Shown piece by piece: positions 51,780-62,766 of a stretch of DNA of 64,000 nt (position 1 is its first letter; each line of letters opens with the position of its first letter). The notes under the pieces are model-generated. The model saw only the letters and a program-made list of their open reading frames with translations, searched no databases and was not told where the DNA came from. The stretch lies in NCBI GenBank assembly GCA_046563655.1, contig CM102285.1, positions 4,588,001 to 4,652,000 on the forward strand. The letters run 5' to 3'. This DNA comes from Yuukianura sp. NJ FZ-2021. Lineage: Eukaryota. A program made the position numbers and the translations under genes.

Positions 51780-52636
51780 GCGTGAAAACATTTGGCGAAA
51801 AAAATCCTTGTTTGGGCTAGTTTCTTTTGTTATTTTTGACAAGTAGATACTCAAATAACGGTGTATTTTATCCACTGAGTTTCTTTTTGATTTCACAACA
51901 AAGATTTTCATAATTTTCGCTGACGCGGAATTTTAATATTAAATTACGTATAATGCGAGCTTTTTACATTCCTGAATTGTTTTAAAGCTATTTCATTGCA
52001 GCGTTGGTTGTAGCGGACTCGGCAGGGATTGGATTTGTTTCTTGTTGTTTTTTTTTTGTCCCATACTTACAATTCTTACCTATCCATATTTAGGTCTAGT
52101 TCGAGCCTATGTAGTGATGCTGAAACTATGATAATTTCCCAATTTCAATAAAAAGTACCTGTTGCAATGACCTTTGACCTAGGTCACTTGGCTCACCTCT
52201 TTTTACTCATCTCGTACATGTCAATTTCATCTGCATACGTCGATCCTACATTAAGTTATGCTCCCTTAAAGTTTAGTACGGAACCAAGGGTACTGCCTTT
52301 TGAGTCAACTTTAACCCCAAGATGCAATGGTCAAATGAAAGTGATTTATACCAAATTTGTTTTCGAAGTACGTCCCGCATGTTACTCGTATTTATGAAGA
52401 GTAACATTTAAAAAATTATGTTGCCAAATAATTCAAAAAATTTAAAAATGTAGAAACTCAGTTGAAAATCTGACCTGTGTAGGACCAAAAGGCGGTCATA
52501 ACTCGAGAACGCCTTGCCCGATTAATTCGGGACCAAGACCAACAGATAGAGGCATTCTAAAGGAACATATTGCATAGGTCATTTAAATTTGGAATGTGTA
52601 ATAATAGTTAGATTTTAAAAAAATTGTGTAAAAACA

Positions 52637-52760
52637 AAACACAATATGATGGTCGGAGAGAGTGACGATTTTGCTGGCTTCGGAGGGAAAAACAGGATTG
52701 GTGTCTCCCCCGTTCGCACCAGTCTATAAAAGGTTTGGAGACGACGCCACTCATCTGTAG
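52637..52760 (+). promoter_or_regulatory. Histone H1 core promoter
   Basis: TATAAAAG at 52725, ATTGG (inverted CCAAT) at ~52697, AAACACA at 52637-52643 and an Inr-like TCATCT ~27 nt after the TATA box. A 5'-UTR intron follows (52882-53236). Confidence 0.6.
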
Positions 52761-53261
52761 TTGGCAAGACGCAGTTCTGTTCGTTTGGTAAGAGACGAGG
52801 ATTCTAGGTCAGTACAACAAAAACAAACGAGGTCAAGGCAAGGGCAAACACCAATCGCTTATATCCCTTCATTTTTAAACGGTAAGTCTGAGTTTGCAGT
52901 CGCCGTTTTTTTTAAATGAAATTCCCAAATAAATTCCTACTTTCCTGAACTATTTTATAATTTCGCAAACTGGTGGGTACAAGGATACAGTAACGGCACA
53001 ATTTTTTTTAACCTTGGAAATTTTTGGTTGGAAATTCATTACCGAAAAGTAAGATGAAAATCCTCCTTTCAAAATAAAATTTCTTTTACCTATTGTGAAA
53101 TAAAATGCTTTTGCGCCTTTTCAGTATCATTGAAATCGAAAAATAAAACCATTTTTCAACCTAAAATCCTAATTTAAAAATGTAGTTATGCCTTTGGATT
53201 TTTTAATTAAGTGTATTTGAATTTGTTGATTTGCAGAGTTAAACTGATGCGACAAACGAGA

Positions 53262-53930
53262 ATGGCTGACACGGCCATCGCTACGCCCGATGCACCAGCG
53301 TCATCAGACGTTCCAAAAAAAGTTGTGAAGAAGGCTCCAGCAACTAAGAAAACCGCAGTTGCTAAAACCCCCAAAGTCAAAGCTCCAAAAGTCACGAAGA
53401 AGGCGACGACTCATCCCAAGATTTCCATCATGGTGGATGACGCCATCAAAGGCCTGGGTGAGAGAGGCGGATCCTCCCTTAAGGCCATCAAAAAGTACAT
53501 TTTAACCAAGTACAAGGTGGATGTGGAGAAGCTTGCCCCCTTCATTCGCAGATACCTCAAATCTGGGGTAAAGAGTGGATCCATTGTACAGGCCAAAGGG
53601 AAGGGAGCCAATGGGTCATTCAAGCTTCCACATAAAGGGGGCGCTGCAAAGGCACATTCGACAGCTCCAGCTAAACCAAAGAAGAGCGTTGCAGCCAAGA
53701 AGGTGAAGACGTCACCAAAGGTTAAGGTCACAGGAGCCAAGGCCAAGAAGGAGAGCATTGGAGGAACTGCTGCAAAGAAGGCGTTGCCACCGAAACCGAA
53801 AAAGATGACGCCCACAAAGAAAGTGGCGGTTAAGAAGGTCACCAAAGCGAAGGCAGCGGTTAAGGCTCCCAAGCCAAAACAAGTGGCTACAAAGAAACCA
53901 GTTCCCAGGAAGGCTCCAAGCAGGAAGTAA
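53262..53930 (+). CDS. His1: Linker histone H1, solitary
   Basis: Globular domain [31 protein letters not shown]...[14 protein letters not shown] and a K/A/P-rich tail. An alternative in-frame ATG lies at 53247. Confidence 0.96.
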   Translation: MADTAIATPDAPASSDVPKKVVKKAPATKKTAVAKTPKVKAPKVTKKATTHPKISIMVDDAIKGLGERGGSSLKAIKKYILTKYKVDVEKLAPFIRRYLKSGVKSGSIVQAKGKGANGSFKLPHKGGAAKAHSTAPAKPKKSVAAKKVKTSPKVKVTGAKAKKESIGGTAAKKALPPKPKKMTPTKKVAVKKVTKAKAAVKAPKPKQVATKKPVPRKAPSRK

Positions 53931-55026
53931 GCGGCAGCGATTTGCAAAGCAGTGGTGAACTACATTTTGGGTGAAAGTCGTCACTAACCTCGAAGTTCAA
54001 GTACCTCTTAATTGTTTTAAGATTAGTTAAAATTATTATTAATTTAATTACACATCGTTGTTAAAGTATCTAGATAATTTAGTATTTTAGAAATCTATAT
54101 TTTTTTCCACTTTAGCCTTGAAAGAAGCGACAGATTTTGGTAATTAACTTAAAATTTATTTTCGATAAGAGGCTTTATTTTTTTTGCAAATTCCTTCAAC
54201 CGCAACCAGTAGAGCGAATCTGTCGATTCAGTATGTACATAGATTATCCATCCGCAGTGACGACATAACTTCGCGTTGATACTTAAACACAAATACCCAT
54301 AAGTAAATAATTTAATCGCTTCCTATGCTTTACATGGCAAGTTAAATATTATTGCCATCGTTGATGATTGTATTATTTGAGACAAGCTGAATCAACGAAA
54401 TTTGCAAATTTTGAACGTGACTTCTCCCTCGTTCTCGTTGTTAAACGCCTGCTGCTGCCGACGTTTTGTTTAATAAAAGGCAATAATTTTTTTTTACACA
54501 TATCGTCTAAAACTCGAAATGTAATCTTCTGAGAAACGTGCAGTATTACAACAACAGTGGTTACGTTTGACGTTTGTTATGTTTCACATTTGGTTATGTC
54601 AGCAAGTTCGACATGTTTACATTTACTAAAAGAAAATTACTACTCTTCAAAAGGCGCCTGTTTCAAAAACAATGAGCAAGAAAAAAACGATTTAAATAGT
54701 AAAGTCGAACTTTTTGCAAGGAGCGACAGTAATTTATTAGAATATAGACGCTGAAGTCAGCAGTAAACCAAAACAATAAATGTCATAACTGTAAACTAAT
54801 TTCTACCAATAACTAATGAATGGCATATTGGAATTAAATAATTATCGACGGCTCGCATATAGTGTGGACGAGTACCGAAATTGGCAGATTTGTTCCAGAA
54901 GATAAATTGCAGTAAAGAGGTTGGTCGAATTCATGGTGGATTGTCTAAGAATGCAAATTACACGTTAGATTCCAACGATTGAAGTCTAAATTAAGATAAG
55001 ACTACAAGAATGTTCCAGTTTTACCT

Positions 55027-55242
55027 TCAGGTATGGACAATGACAGTGGTTGGAGCTCCAGCGAAATTTCTACGCTTCGTGTTGGATGAAATGACGCAAC
55101 AGGCGTGGATTATGCCTGGCAAAACTAATAGACAGGTCAGGAGGATATTGATCAACAAATCACATCCGCAGCCACTCGACATGAGAACAGCAAATGGCGG
55201 GAAGATGCAGGCGCAGATGTAGCTGCAGCAATTGTTCCCCAT
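55027..55242 (-). CDS. Pmp3/RCI2/UPF0057 (YqaE-like) small membrane proteolipid
   Basis: 71 aa with the family pattern I..IFPPFAV....GCG.DLLINILLT.L..LPGIIHA; two hydrophobic segments; single coding exon. Confidence 0.88.
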   Translation of the reverse strand: MGNNCCSYICACIFPPFAVLMSSGCGCDLLINILLTCLLVLPGIIHACCVISSNTKRRNFAGAPTTVIVHT

Positions 55243-57242
55243 ACTGTCAGTGGTTCTTTAGAAAGCAGCGATGAAGCCTAAAAATTTGAAATAGAACAGT
55301 ATTAGAATGAGCAATTTCCATTAATAGCCACATCGAGGAAATACGTCCGCACAATTGATTTGAAAAAGAACATTTTGAAACATCGCATACTTTGGTCTTA
55401 TCCATTTTCTGAATTTTGAATTTGGAACGTTCTGAGACTAAATCGGATAGATCTTTTTTCTCGAGTTGTCGTTGCGCTTAAAGTAACTACACAATATAGT
55501 AATTAGGTACTGGTCTATATGGCGCAACACAGTAAAGCAAACCAGGATCGCCAATCAATTGAACAAATTCTACTTTTTAAATACAATGACCATATGACGT
55601 TTAGTTAAGTAAGTTAAGTAATTAAGTAATATTTTCGTGGACCTGTTGCGTCGCAGCTAATTTTGGAGCTGTACTGTATACTGTACTTGTGAAGCGATTT
55701 GTGTTCAATTTGTGTTGTTGTCTTAAAATGACCAAAGAAACGCTCCTGAGATGGAAACGCTGAGCTAAAGTCAAATGGGACTTTACCTTTCTCAATGTCG
55801 TTTTGCTCTCGTGAGTTGTCACTTGCGCCGTTTGTCTTGTTGACCTTTGACCCCACCAACTTGAGAGTTGAGACTGTCCCGATTCGTGACCTCGTCCTAT
55901 AGATCTTCTCTCTCCGTTGTATCCTGTCCCACTCTACACTGGATCTGTGCAAAGAACAAACTCTAAAATAAATGCTCCAAGCAAACCTTCGTGCAACATG
56001 ACCACGCCACGGACACAAGGGAAGGACGACGGGAGTCGCTTTTGAAAGTTTGTCCAGAACCCAGTACAAACGACACGCCACTATATGGTTTTGTAGCATA
56101 CTGGTTTCGTTGGTAGTACTGCCTTAGAATATACACTTATTCAACAAAATGTAAATTAAGTCTAGCTGCAAAAGTATTAACACTCGCCCCCCAAGTTCCC
56201 ACCCTGATAGTCCTGGGTACATTAACTTCCTTTGCAACAAATAACTACTGCACTAATAATTAATGCTAACTAATAATTGCAAGAAAAATATCAATCATTG
56301 TTACGTTTCTTATTATTAGCACTTATTAGCTAGCGTGCACTGAATTATGCAGATTGTTTGATATAGTTTTTCTTACTTCTTTGAATGCGTCTCTGCTAAA
56401 CAAATAAAATATTGACGATAGCACTATTTAATTTCACTTTTCCCTAAAATCTCGTCAAATGGAACTATTGAACCTAAATAAATGTCAATGATACGGAAAC
56501 AAAACACGTAGTGTGCATTTGAACTTGCAATTAATACAGAACGGGAGTAACAGTTGATTAAAATCAGCAGGTACACATCCTAACCCACGGCTACAAAAAA
56601 GGTGGCAATTACAGAAAATTTCAAATTTACTCTCGTTGTTTAGGATATGAAGCAAGGCATGGCTAATTATCAATCCGGATGAGTTCGTACGCATGAGCAT
56701 GAATTCGATCAAAGCAAAAAAGCGTTGGATTAGTATTGCAGAAAGTTGCTGTTGATTCTTCGACAAACAACATATGACGATATGAGTCACGTTAGTTTTG
56801 TATGTACTCTATTCTTAATTTGACCTTGAAAACCCGAAACTTTTTTTTTACAGTTACACTCTTATTGCCGTCATTTGTTTTGCTTACTAATGAGATGGGA
56901 GGATTTAGGTTTTTAGTATCTTTGTGGAGAGAATTGTATGGATTTAAATTGTGATTTATAATTCAATTTGTTCTTCTCTTGTAATCATTGAGATGCAACC
57001 TCGATGAAGTCAATTAGGAATAAAAATCATGTTTCATAAAATGGACCAACAAAGTAAAAATGCATAATTCGAAAGGACGCAAATTCACCATATAAAAACG
57101 AACACAAAATAACAAATAATGCACAAATAAACGAAGCTTTTTTCGTCTCGAGAGTGAAATTGACAAACCCAATGCAAGTTTTTTCTGGAATTGCACGCAA
57201 ATGTCAGATATGCATCAACGTCGCGAAAACACGGCAAGCCTA

Positions 57243-57477
57243 CAGGGTGTTCGAAAACTTAATCCTTACCTTCTCCAAAGCATAGACTCGGGAAATTGCT
57301 GGCTTCGCGTACATTTGACATTGACATGTACTTTTAGACCATCATGCAGCATCAGAGATGACCCCTTGATCAAGATTAACATAAAAATCGTCAAAATCGC
57401 AAGAAATGTACGAGTTGCGCACAATTTCCTCAGCGTACCCTTTGGTAAAAGCGGGTATTAAGTTTTTGGACACCCGG
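57243..57477. mobile_element. Tc1/mariner-type MITE
   Basis: TA|CAGGGTGTTCGAAAACTTAAT ... ATTAAGTTTTTGGACACCCGG|TA: ~21-bp imperfect TIRs with a TA target duplication. Confidence 0.8.
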
Positions 57478-57780
57478 TACAATGCCAAAAGTTGAAAGTG
57501 TAGGAGAAAGCAGACTCATCATAGCCTATTTTGCAGCTTTCTTCATTCAGCAGACTGAAAGAAAGGTCTTTAAAACAGGTTTAGGAAATCAATATCCCAC
57601 GAAGTAGCACCCATCCGCACCCAACATTTTATACCCAGCACATCCATAGCCAACCAGGATACTTTGCACTCAAAACATTGCCAATTCAGATCAGTCGAAT
57701 TAAATTCGATTAAAGTCGATTAAATCCTAACCTTGGAATCGGGAAACCCAGTGCTGTTTACGCCGTTTCCTTTTTCCATC

Positions 57781-58765
57781 ATGGCTGAGACCGACAGTAC
57801 TTCGATACTGGCAATCCTCTGGACGGAATTCTGCACGCATTTCAAGATTCCACAGGAAACGGTTGGTGAAAAGTGGTTGGGATACATACAAGCTCAGTAT
57901 CAACGACCTTGCAATGACCTTGGTTCCTTGGCGTTCAAGCTTCAGAAATTCGAGTCTTGCAAGCAGTATCTCAACTACCCCGACACAGTATTCTTGGCAC
58001 TCATATTTCAGTCGTAAGTTTATGTTAGTTTAAATTCAGTGATGAGTCAAGTCAACATCATGAAAGAAAAACCCTTGACATGTTTTGATTTCATAGAATA
58101 CATTATGTGACTAATGCCACGGATAATGTAGACAAATCTGTCGCCAAGTTTGAAGAGTTTGCCTCGGATGTGGGTTTACATAAGGTAAGGAAAAAGACTA
58201 TGAAAAATACCAGTCCTGGATCTTATCTCATGCGTTTTAGTCAAAGCTGACAAGTTGAATGGTTGATAAGAATTCTGTCGATGTCAACTGAATTGTAAAT
58301 ATTGAAAACAAATTCTGATTAGGAACACGCTGAAATGGTCAAACGAGTCTCCGATCTCATTGAAATCTCAGTCAACAACTCTTGCAACGAATTTTGGGAA
58401 GATGGGACATTCGGGACAGCGGACACACATTACTTCATGGACATCAACTTTGCTCACTTGGGCCAGGAATGGAATGACTACAAAACTTTCTCGGAGAAAA
58501 CGAGAAATGAATATGAATTCCTCGATGGTGAAAGCTATGCAAAGTTGAGAAGGAAGGTCAATTGCAATTTGAAATCCTCATTTCAAAAAATATGCCTCCA
58601 AAACTATCATTAAATCTTAAATGCTTATTTTTGAATACTTCGCAGATTCTTCAAAGCTTCCTTCACATCCCAAAAATATTTTCAACCGCTGTATTTCGAA
58701 CCGAATTGGAAGATAAGGCAAGGAAAAATATCCAACAGGAAATTGACGAGTTAAATCAACAGTAA
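57781..58765 (+). CDS. HD-superfamily-like protein (COG4339-type) with a degenerate metal motif
   Basis: Four exons in frame: ...VFLALIFQS|IHYVTNATDNVDKSVAKFEEFA...|...DTHYFMDINFAHLG..Y..F..K.RNEYEFL....Y..LRRK|ILQSFLHIPKIFST..FR.ELEDKARKNIQQEI. Confidence 0.78.
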
Positions 58766-58955
58766 TTTGATCACATGATAACCCTGAATGCTGAAAAAAA
58801 TGAGAATCTCATCACTACAATGTCCGGACAAAGTAATTCACGCTTATGATGAAGCTTTAAAAATTGTAACAGCTATTTGCTTTATGTCAAATTCGATTAC
58901 AGTTAAGAAAAGTTAGCATTTAAAAACAGAAACCAGTTAAATTCTAACTGCAAAA

Positions 58956-60246
58956 TCAAATGTCCATTAATTCCTCATCGTCGTCATCGTCATCAATATT
59001 TAGATTTATGTGTTTAGACTTCTTTCCTGTGATTGCGGCCGTTGCTGTAATGAGTGTGGATGCCAGCGGTGGTGCCGGTTTCGTTTGGCCCAATTTCATC
59101 ATCACTGCTGCCTCCGTTATAGCGCCTTTCTTTTCTTGACGTGGCGTAGACGGTGATGAAGGAACGGAAAGCGATTGCGGATGGCTATGTCTTTCACGTC
59201 GTTCCCTCGGTGGATCAGGCCGATCCCGATCTTTCTGTTCAGTTCGATCACGTTCCACGGTTTCACGATCTCTTCGCTCATGCCTGTCTCGTTCCACCTT
59301 TTCGGCACGTTCCTTCTCAAGTTCATGGCGACTCCTTTCCCGATCATGGCGTTCTTTGTCTTTGGATTCTTTCTCTTTTGGATTGTCGGCTTTTTCTTTC
59401 TCTATCTTTTCGTTTTCTTTGTCCGGATCAACACGATCTAGAAGAACAATTCCACCCATTTCACGTGCAATGTTATTCGGAGAATTCGTGGTAACGGTAG
59501 AGGTACGGTCGGTCATTGTAACAGCTGGGCTAATAGGCGCTGGAGAATGCAGTTCGGCTGGACTAGGGATATTGATATCGGGTAGCTGATTGAATACTGA
59601 TGGATCTCCGTAGTCCGGCACTTTGTCTCTGGCTTGATATTCGTAGGGCAAGTAAGTTTCTGAAGTAGTTTCCACCCCTTCTTCTGATTCGACTGATTTG
59701 AGATCTTCTAATGTCAAATGGGCCAAGGCAATAGAACGAAGTATTTGATTCATAGATTCTCGAATATCGGATGGAACTTCGTCTATAAAATAGAATTTAA
59801 TGACAGTGCGTCAGAGGGGCAGTGTTATTATTAGTCCGAAATAAATTTTATGGGTGTAAGAGTATCAAGTGTAATAATAATTATTCCTTTGTACGTCTCC
59901 TTTAGTAAACTTACTCCTTGCATATGGAATCATGTCGCATAACATGTGTGAAAAATTGACATTTTCAATTCCTTCTCTTTTAATATACTGTGTACATCTT
60001 TCCCGTATCATTGCACTCCAACCCGAAAACCTTAGAATGTCACTCAAATGGCTCTTGACCCTGAAAGTGCAAGTTAAACTAATTAGTTTCAAAAACACCG
60101 GTAAACGGAACTTATTCATTCACTTACGTATAGATCTTGCCGCTTCGAACTAATTTGTCGTAAATGAGATTTCTACATTGGACGACGTCGACCCCTCTGA
60201 CCTCACCCCTGGAGAGAGCCGGTAAAAACTCCGTTTCATTTGGCAT
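58956..60246 (-). CDS. ENY2/Sus1-like domain protein with a long acidic and Arg/Glu-rich C-terminal extension
   Basis: Three exons: IYDKLVRSGKIYT|VKSHLSDILRFSGWSAMIRERCTQYIKREGIENVNFSHMLCDMIPYAR|.EVPSDIRESMNQILR matches the ENY2 pattern (KL..SG....K..L...L...GW......C...I...G...V....L...I.P..R..VP). The 265-aa ORF 58956-59753 follows in frame. Confidence 0.8.
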
Positions 60247-61093
60247 GCTTCTTGTATCTTCCTCCTAGTGTAACAATTGTTCTGACCTAACCTGACCGTG
60301 TACTAGAGCCGTATCGTATTGCTAGAAGTCCCAGTTTCAATTTCAGGACACAAACAACTTGGAATGGTATGTCGAGATAAGCATGGAAACTGTCTACTAC
60401 CGATTATGTTTTTCTAAATTTATAAAATTCTAACTTTGTTGAAGTACCAAAACGCTCACACAGTTCAAGTAAAAAAAAAGCGAAAGCTAACCAAAAGATT
60501 ATCTGAGGCTCACTAAAAAGCAGAATCTGCGGAAACCGCAGAATGCTAAGTTTCTCACTTGCTTTTCAGCATTCAAATCTTAAAGCAGCGTCACATGAGA
60601 TAAATTTTTCGAAGAACACATTTGACACTCTTGAAAAAAACGAAGTTGCTGCGGAGTATTCCAACAATGGATCCATGGCTTGACGTCGCCCCAGTTTCTG
60701 GGTTTATAAACAATGTCATTGTGGCAAGGGTGATCAACATGTCGCTTATGCTCAGCTAGATTCAACTTTTTGTAAACCGCAAAGCAATCTTTAAACGGTT
60801 TCGACTCACTCAGCACATTTTTGCAAATGGTGTACAAATGGTGGGTGCAGGTAACACTTATTGAAGTTTAAAAACAACTTATATTACCTTACGTTTTTTT
60901 AGTCTTACGTTTTACGATACTTTTCTTCAGTCCACTCAGAAAATGGCGATTACACTAGTGAAGACGACGCATTGCTGAGGAAATGAATTCACCATGCCTA
61001 GAAACCTTTGGTTTTGTCCTAAAACCTGAAACTACAGTTTCAAGGACAAGTTTTAACTGGAGAGAGCAAATATTGTTTCGGAACTCCTTTCGG

Positions 61094-61322
61094 AAACTCG
61101 CGAAGCTCATTTAATTGAGATAAAAATCTCAATTAACTCAGTTTTTTACGCTGATTTCGAATCTGTAATTAGTTTTGGCCGCTCGTTACCCTAACTTAAC
61201 CTAACCTAACTTTAACTAAAATGTGCCCCCATGTATGAGATAGGGAGAAGTGAGATGCCCAGAGCTGTTACTCTGAGAGAAAGTGAAATTCCCTATCTCT
61301 CCCATAGAACCTTCGCGAGTTT
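61094..61322. mobile_element. Small non-autonomous element with 12-bp inverted repeats
   Basis: AAACTCGCGAAG (61094-61105) / CTTCGCGAGTTT (61311-61322) with an internal (TAACC)n tract. No TSD seen. Confidence 0.5.
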
Positions 61323-61898
61323 GCAGAAGATATACCATTGTTTCGCGCCCCGCTTTTGATTTTACGCGATCGTGGAGATTCGGTCATGGTGGCTTAAATT
61401 CATAAATATATTTAAGAAATGTTAAAATTACTTTTCAAATGTAAAATTACGTGTACAATTTACATTTCTGTAGGAAGCGTTATAAGGCATAATCCACTGA
61501 TGACGTCAACCACACAAGATTTGTTTGTCCGTATTGTTTGTCCCAGGACTAAAAAGGAAGTGTGAACTTATAATTAACACCTAAAGACGCGTGCTTATCA
61601 ATACCAAACAAACGTTTATGACTCGACTTTATCAGCAAAGATAATGCAGACTCATAACTTCGGTGTTTTCGCCAGGTTATGCTAAATTAAGCCTTCCGTA
61701 CCACTCCTTTGGTAGCGCTACGCCTTGAACACGAAAACTTTCCCACAAAACGCTTCCGACGTTCTTCAACTTTCTACATCCAATACTTTGTTCGGCGATT
61801 AAATTGTCAGCGTTTTGTGGTGAAAGTGAGCAGTTTACTATGTGAATTAACATTCATCAATTTGCAGTTAATATACTCGCCAAGTCGACGATTAAGTC

Positions 61899-62300
61899 AT
61901 GAGTGACGAAGTGAATTCCACTTCCACTACGGTTCCAACGATTCATACGGCGGGGATAAGGGCCACTTATCATACAGAATTATACGTTGCAGTTCAAATT
62001 GTGACTGCAATTTCGTCATTTGTCGCCGTTCTAGTGATTTCTTTCATGGTATTCGTGGTCTTATATGCGAAGCACACAAATAGGAAAGAAAGAAAACAAA
62101 ACTCAATTGTAATTGAGCAAGAAGAGGCCATCATGGACGCTAGACGGAGGAAACACCTCTATGCCAACAGAGACAGCGTCAGGAGAGATGTGATAGTGGT
62201 CGTCACTGATAATTGCGAAGCATCTTTTCCTGTAGACACAGGAGGTGACGCTTTAGTTCGATCTAATGGAGACGACGGAATGTCGAACTCCGCAGTTTAA
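61899..62300 (+). CDS. Small single-pass membrane protein, unknown function
   Basis: 133-aa ATG ORF with an S/T-rich N-terminus (NST sequon), one hydrophobic helix (AISSFVAVLVISFMVFVVLYA) and a basic stop-transfer segment. Confidence 0.6.
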   Translation: MSDEVNSTSTTVPTIHTAGIRATYHTELYVAVQIVTAISSFVAVLVISFMVFVVLYAKHTNRKERKQNSIVIEQEEAIMDARRRKHLYANRDSVRRDVIVVVTDNCEASFPVDTGGDALVRSNGDDGMSNSAV

Positions 62301-62766
62301 GTGAAATCTCTGAACGGCAAACAAAAACGCCGCAGTCACTTCGTAGCCTTTACTGTCGAATCAGTGGCCAGAATCGAAGGAAAAAAGTGAATCTTAGACC
62401 GTACGGTACATGGAAGACTTCATCGGAGACCAATATTACGTACGCTTCTGTGGAATCTCGAACTTGAAATAGAAAACAAAAATAACACGAGCGTAGGGTT
62501 TAATCTTATACTTCCGCAAGCAACGTTTGCTGTCCTGCTATTACAAGTTCCGTACGTAGCTGAAAACTAAATACATTTTTATGATTTAAAAGACTAGTCG
62601 CTAAATGTTAGATAATTAATCAAGAAAAGAAAGAAGAAGCTGAATGCCGAAACAACTAAGTTTAGAAGTTGTATCGCGGTTCAAAAAATATTGGTTGAAA
62701 ATGATTAATGATACTTGCGTGATTCGGTGAGTTATTTTAAAGAATTCTAACGTTGTCTTCTTGTTC

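Noticed and set aside
50879..51911. Cys-rich and DID-repeat ORFs
   Set aside because: These are frame read-outs of the foldback element's subrepeats.
53207..53984. Antisense ORFs over histone H1
   Set aside because: Shadow ORFs caused by the Lys/Ala/Pro codon bias of H1.
55614..56790. Minus-strand ORFs and possible small spliced gene
   Set aside because: Some splice-like sites exist, but I could not build a consistent model or recognise a motif.
59117..59589. Overlapping ORFs within the ENY2-like tail
   Set aside because: Shadows of the charged low-complexity exon.
60580..60837. 85-aa Cys/His-containing ORF
   Set aside because: No ATG start or supported upstream exon, and no recognisable domain spacing.
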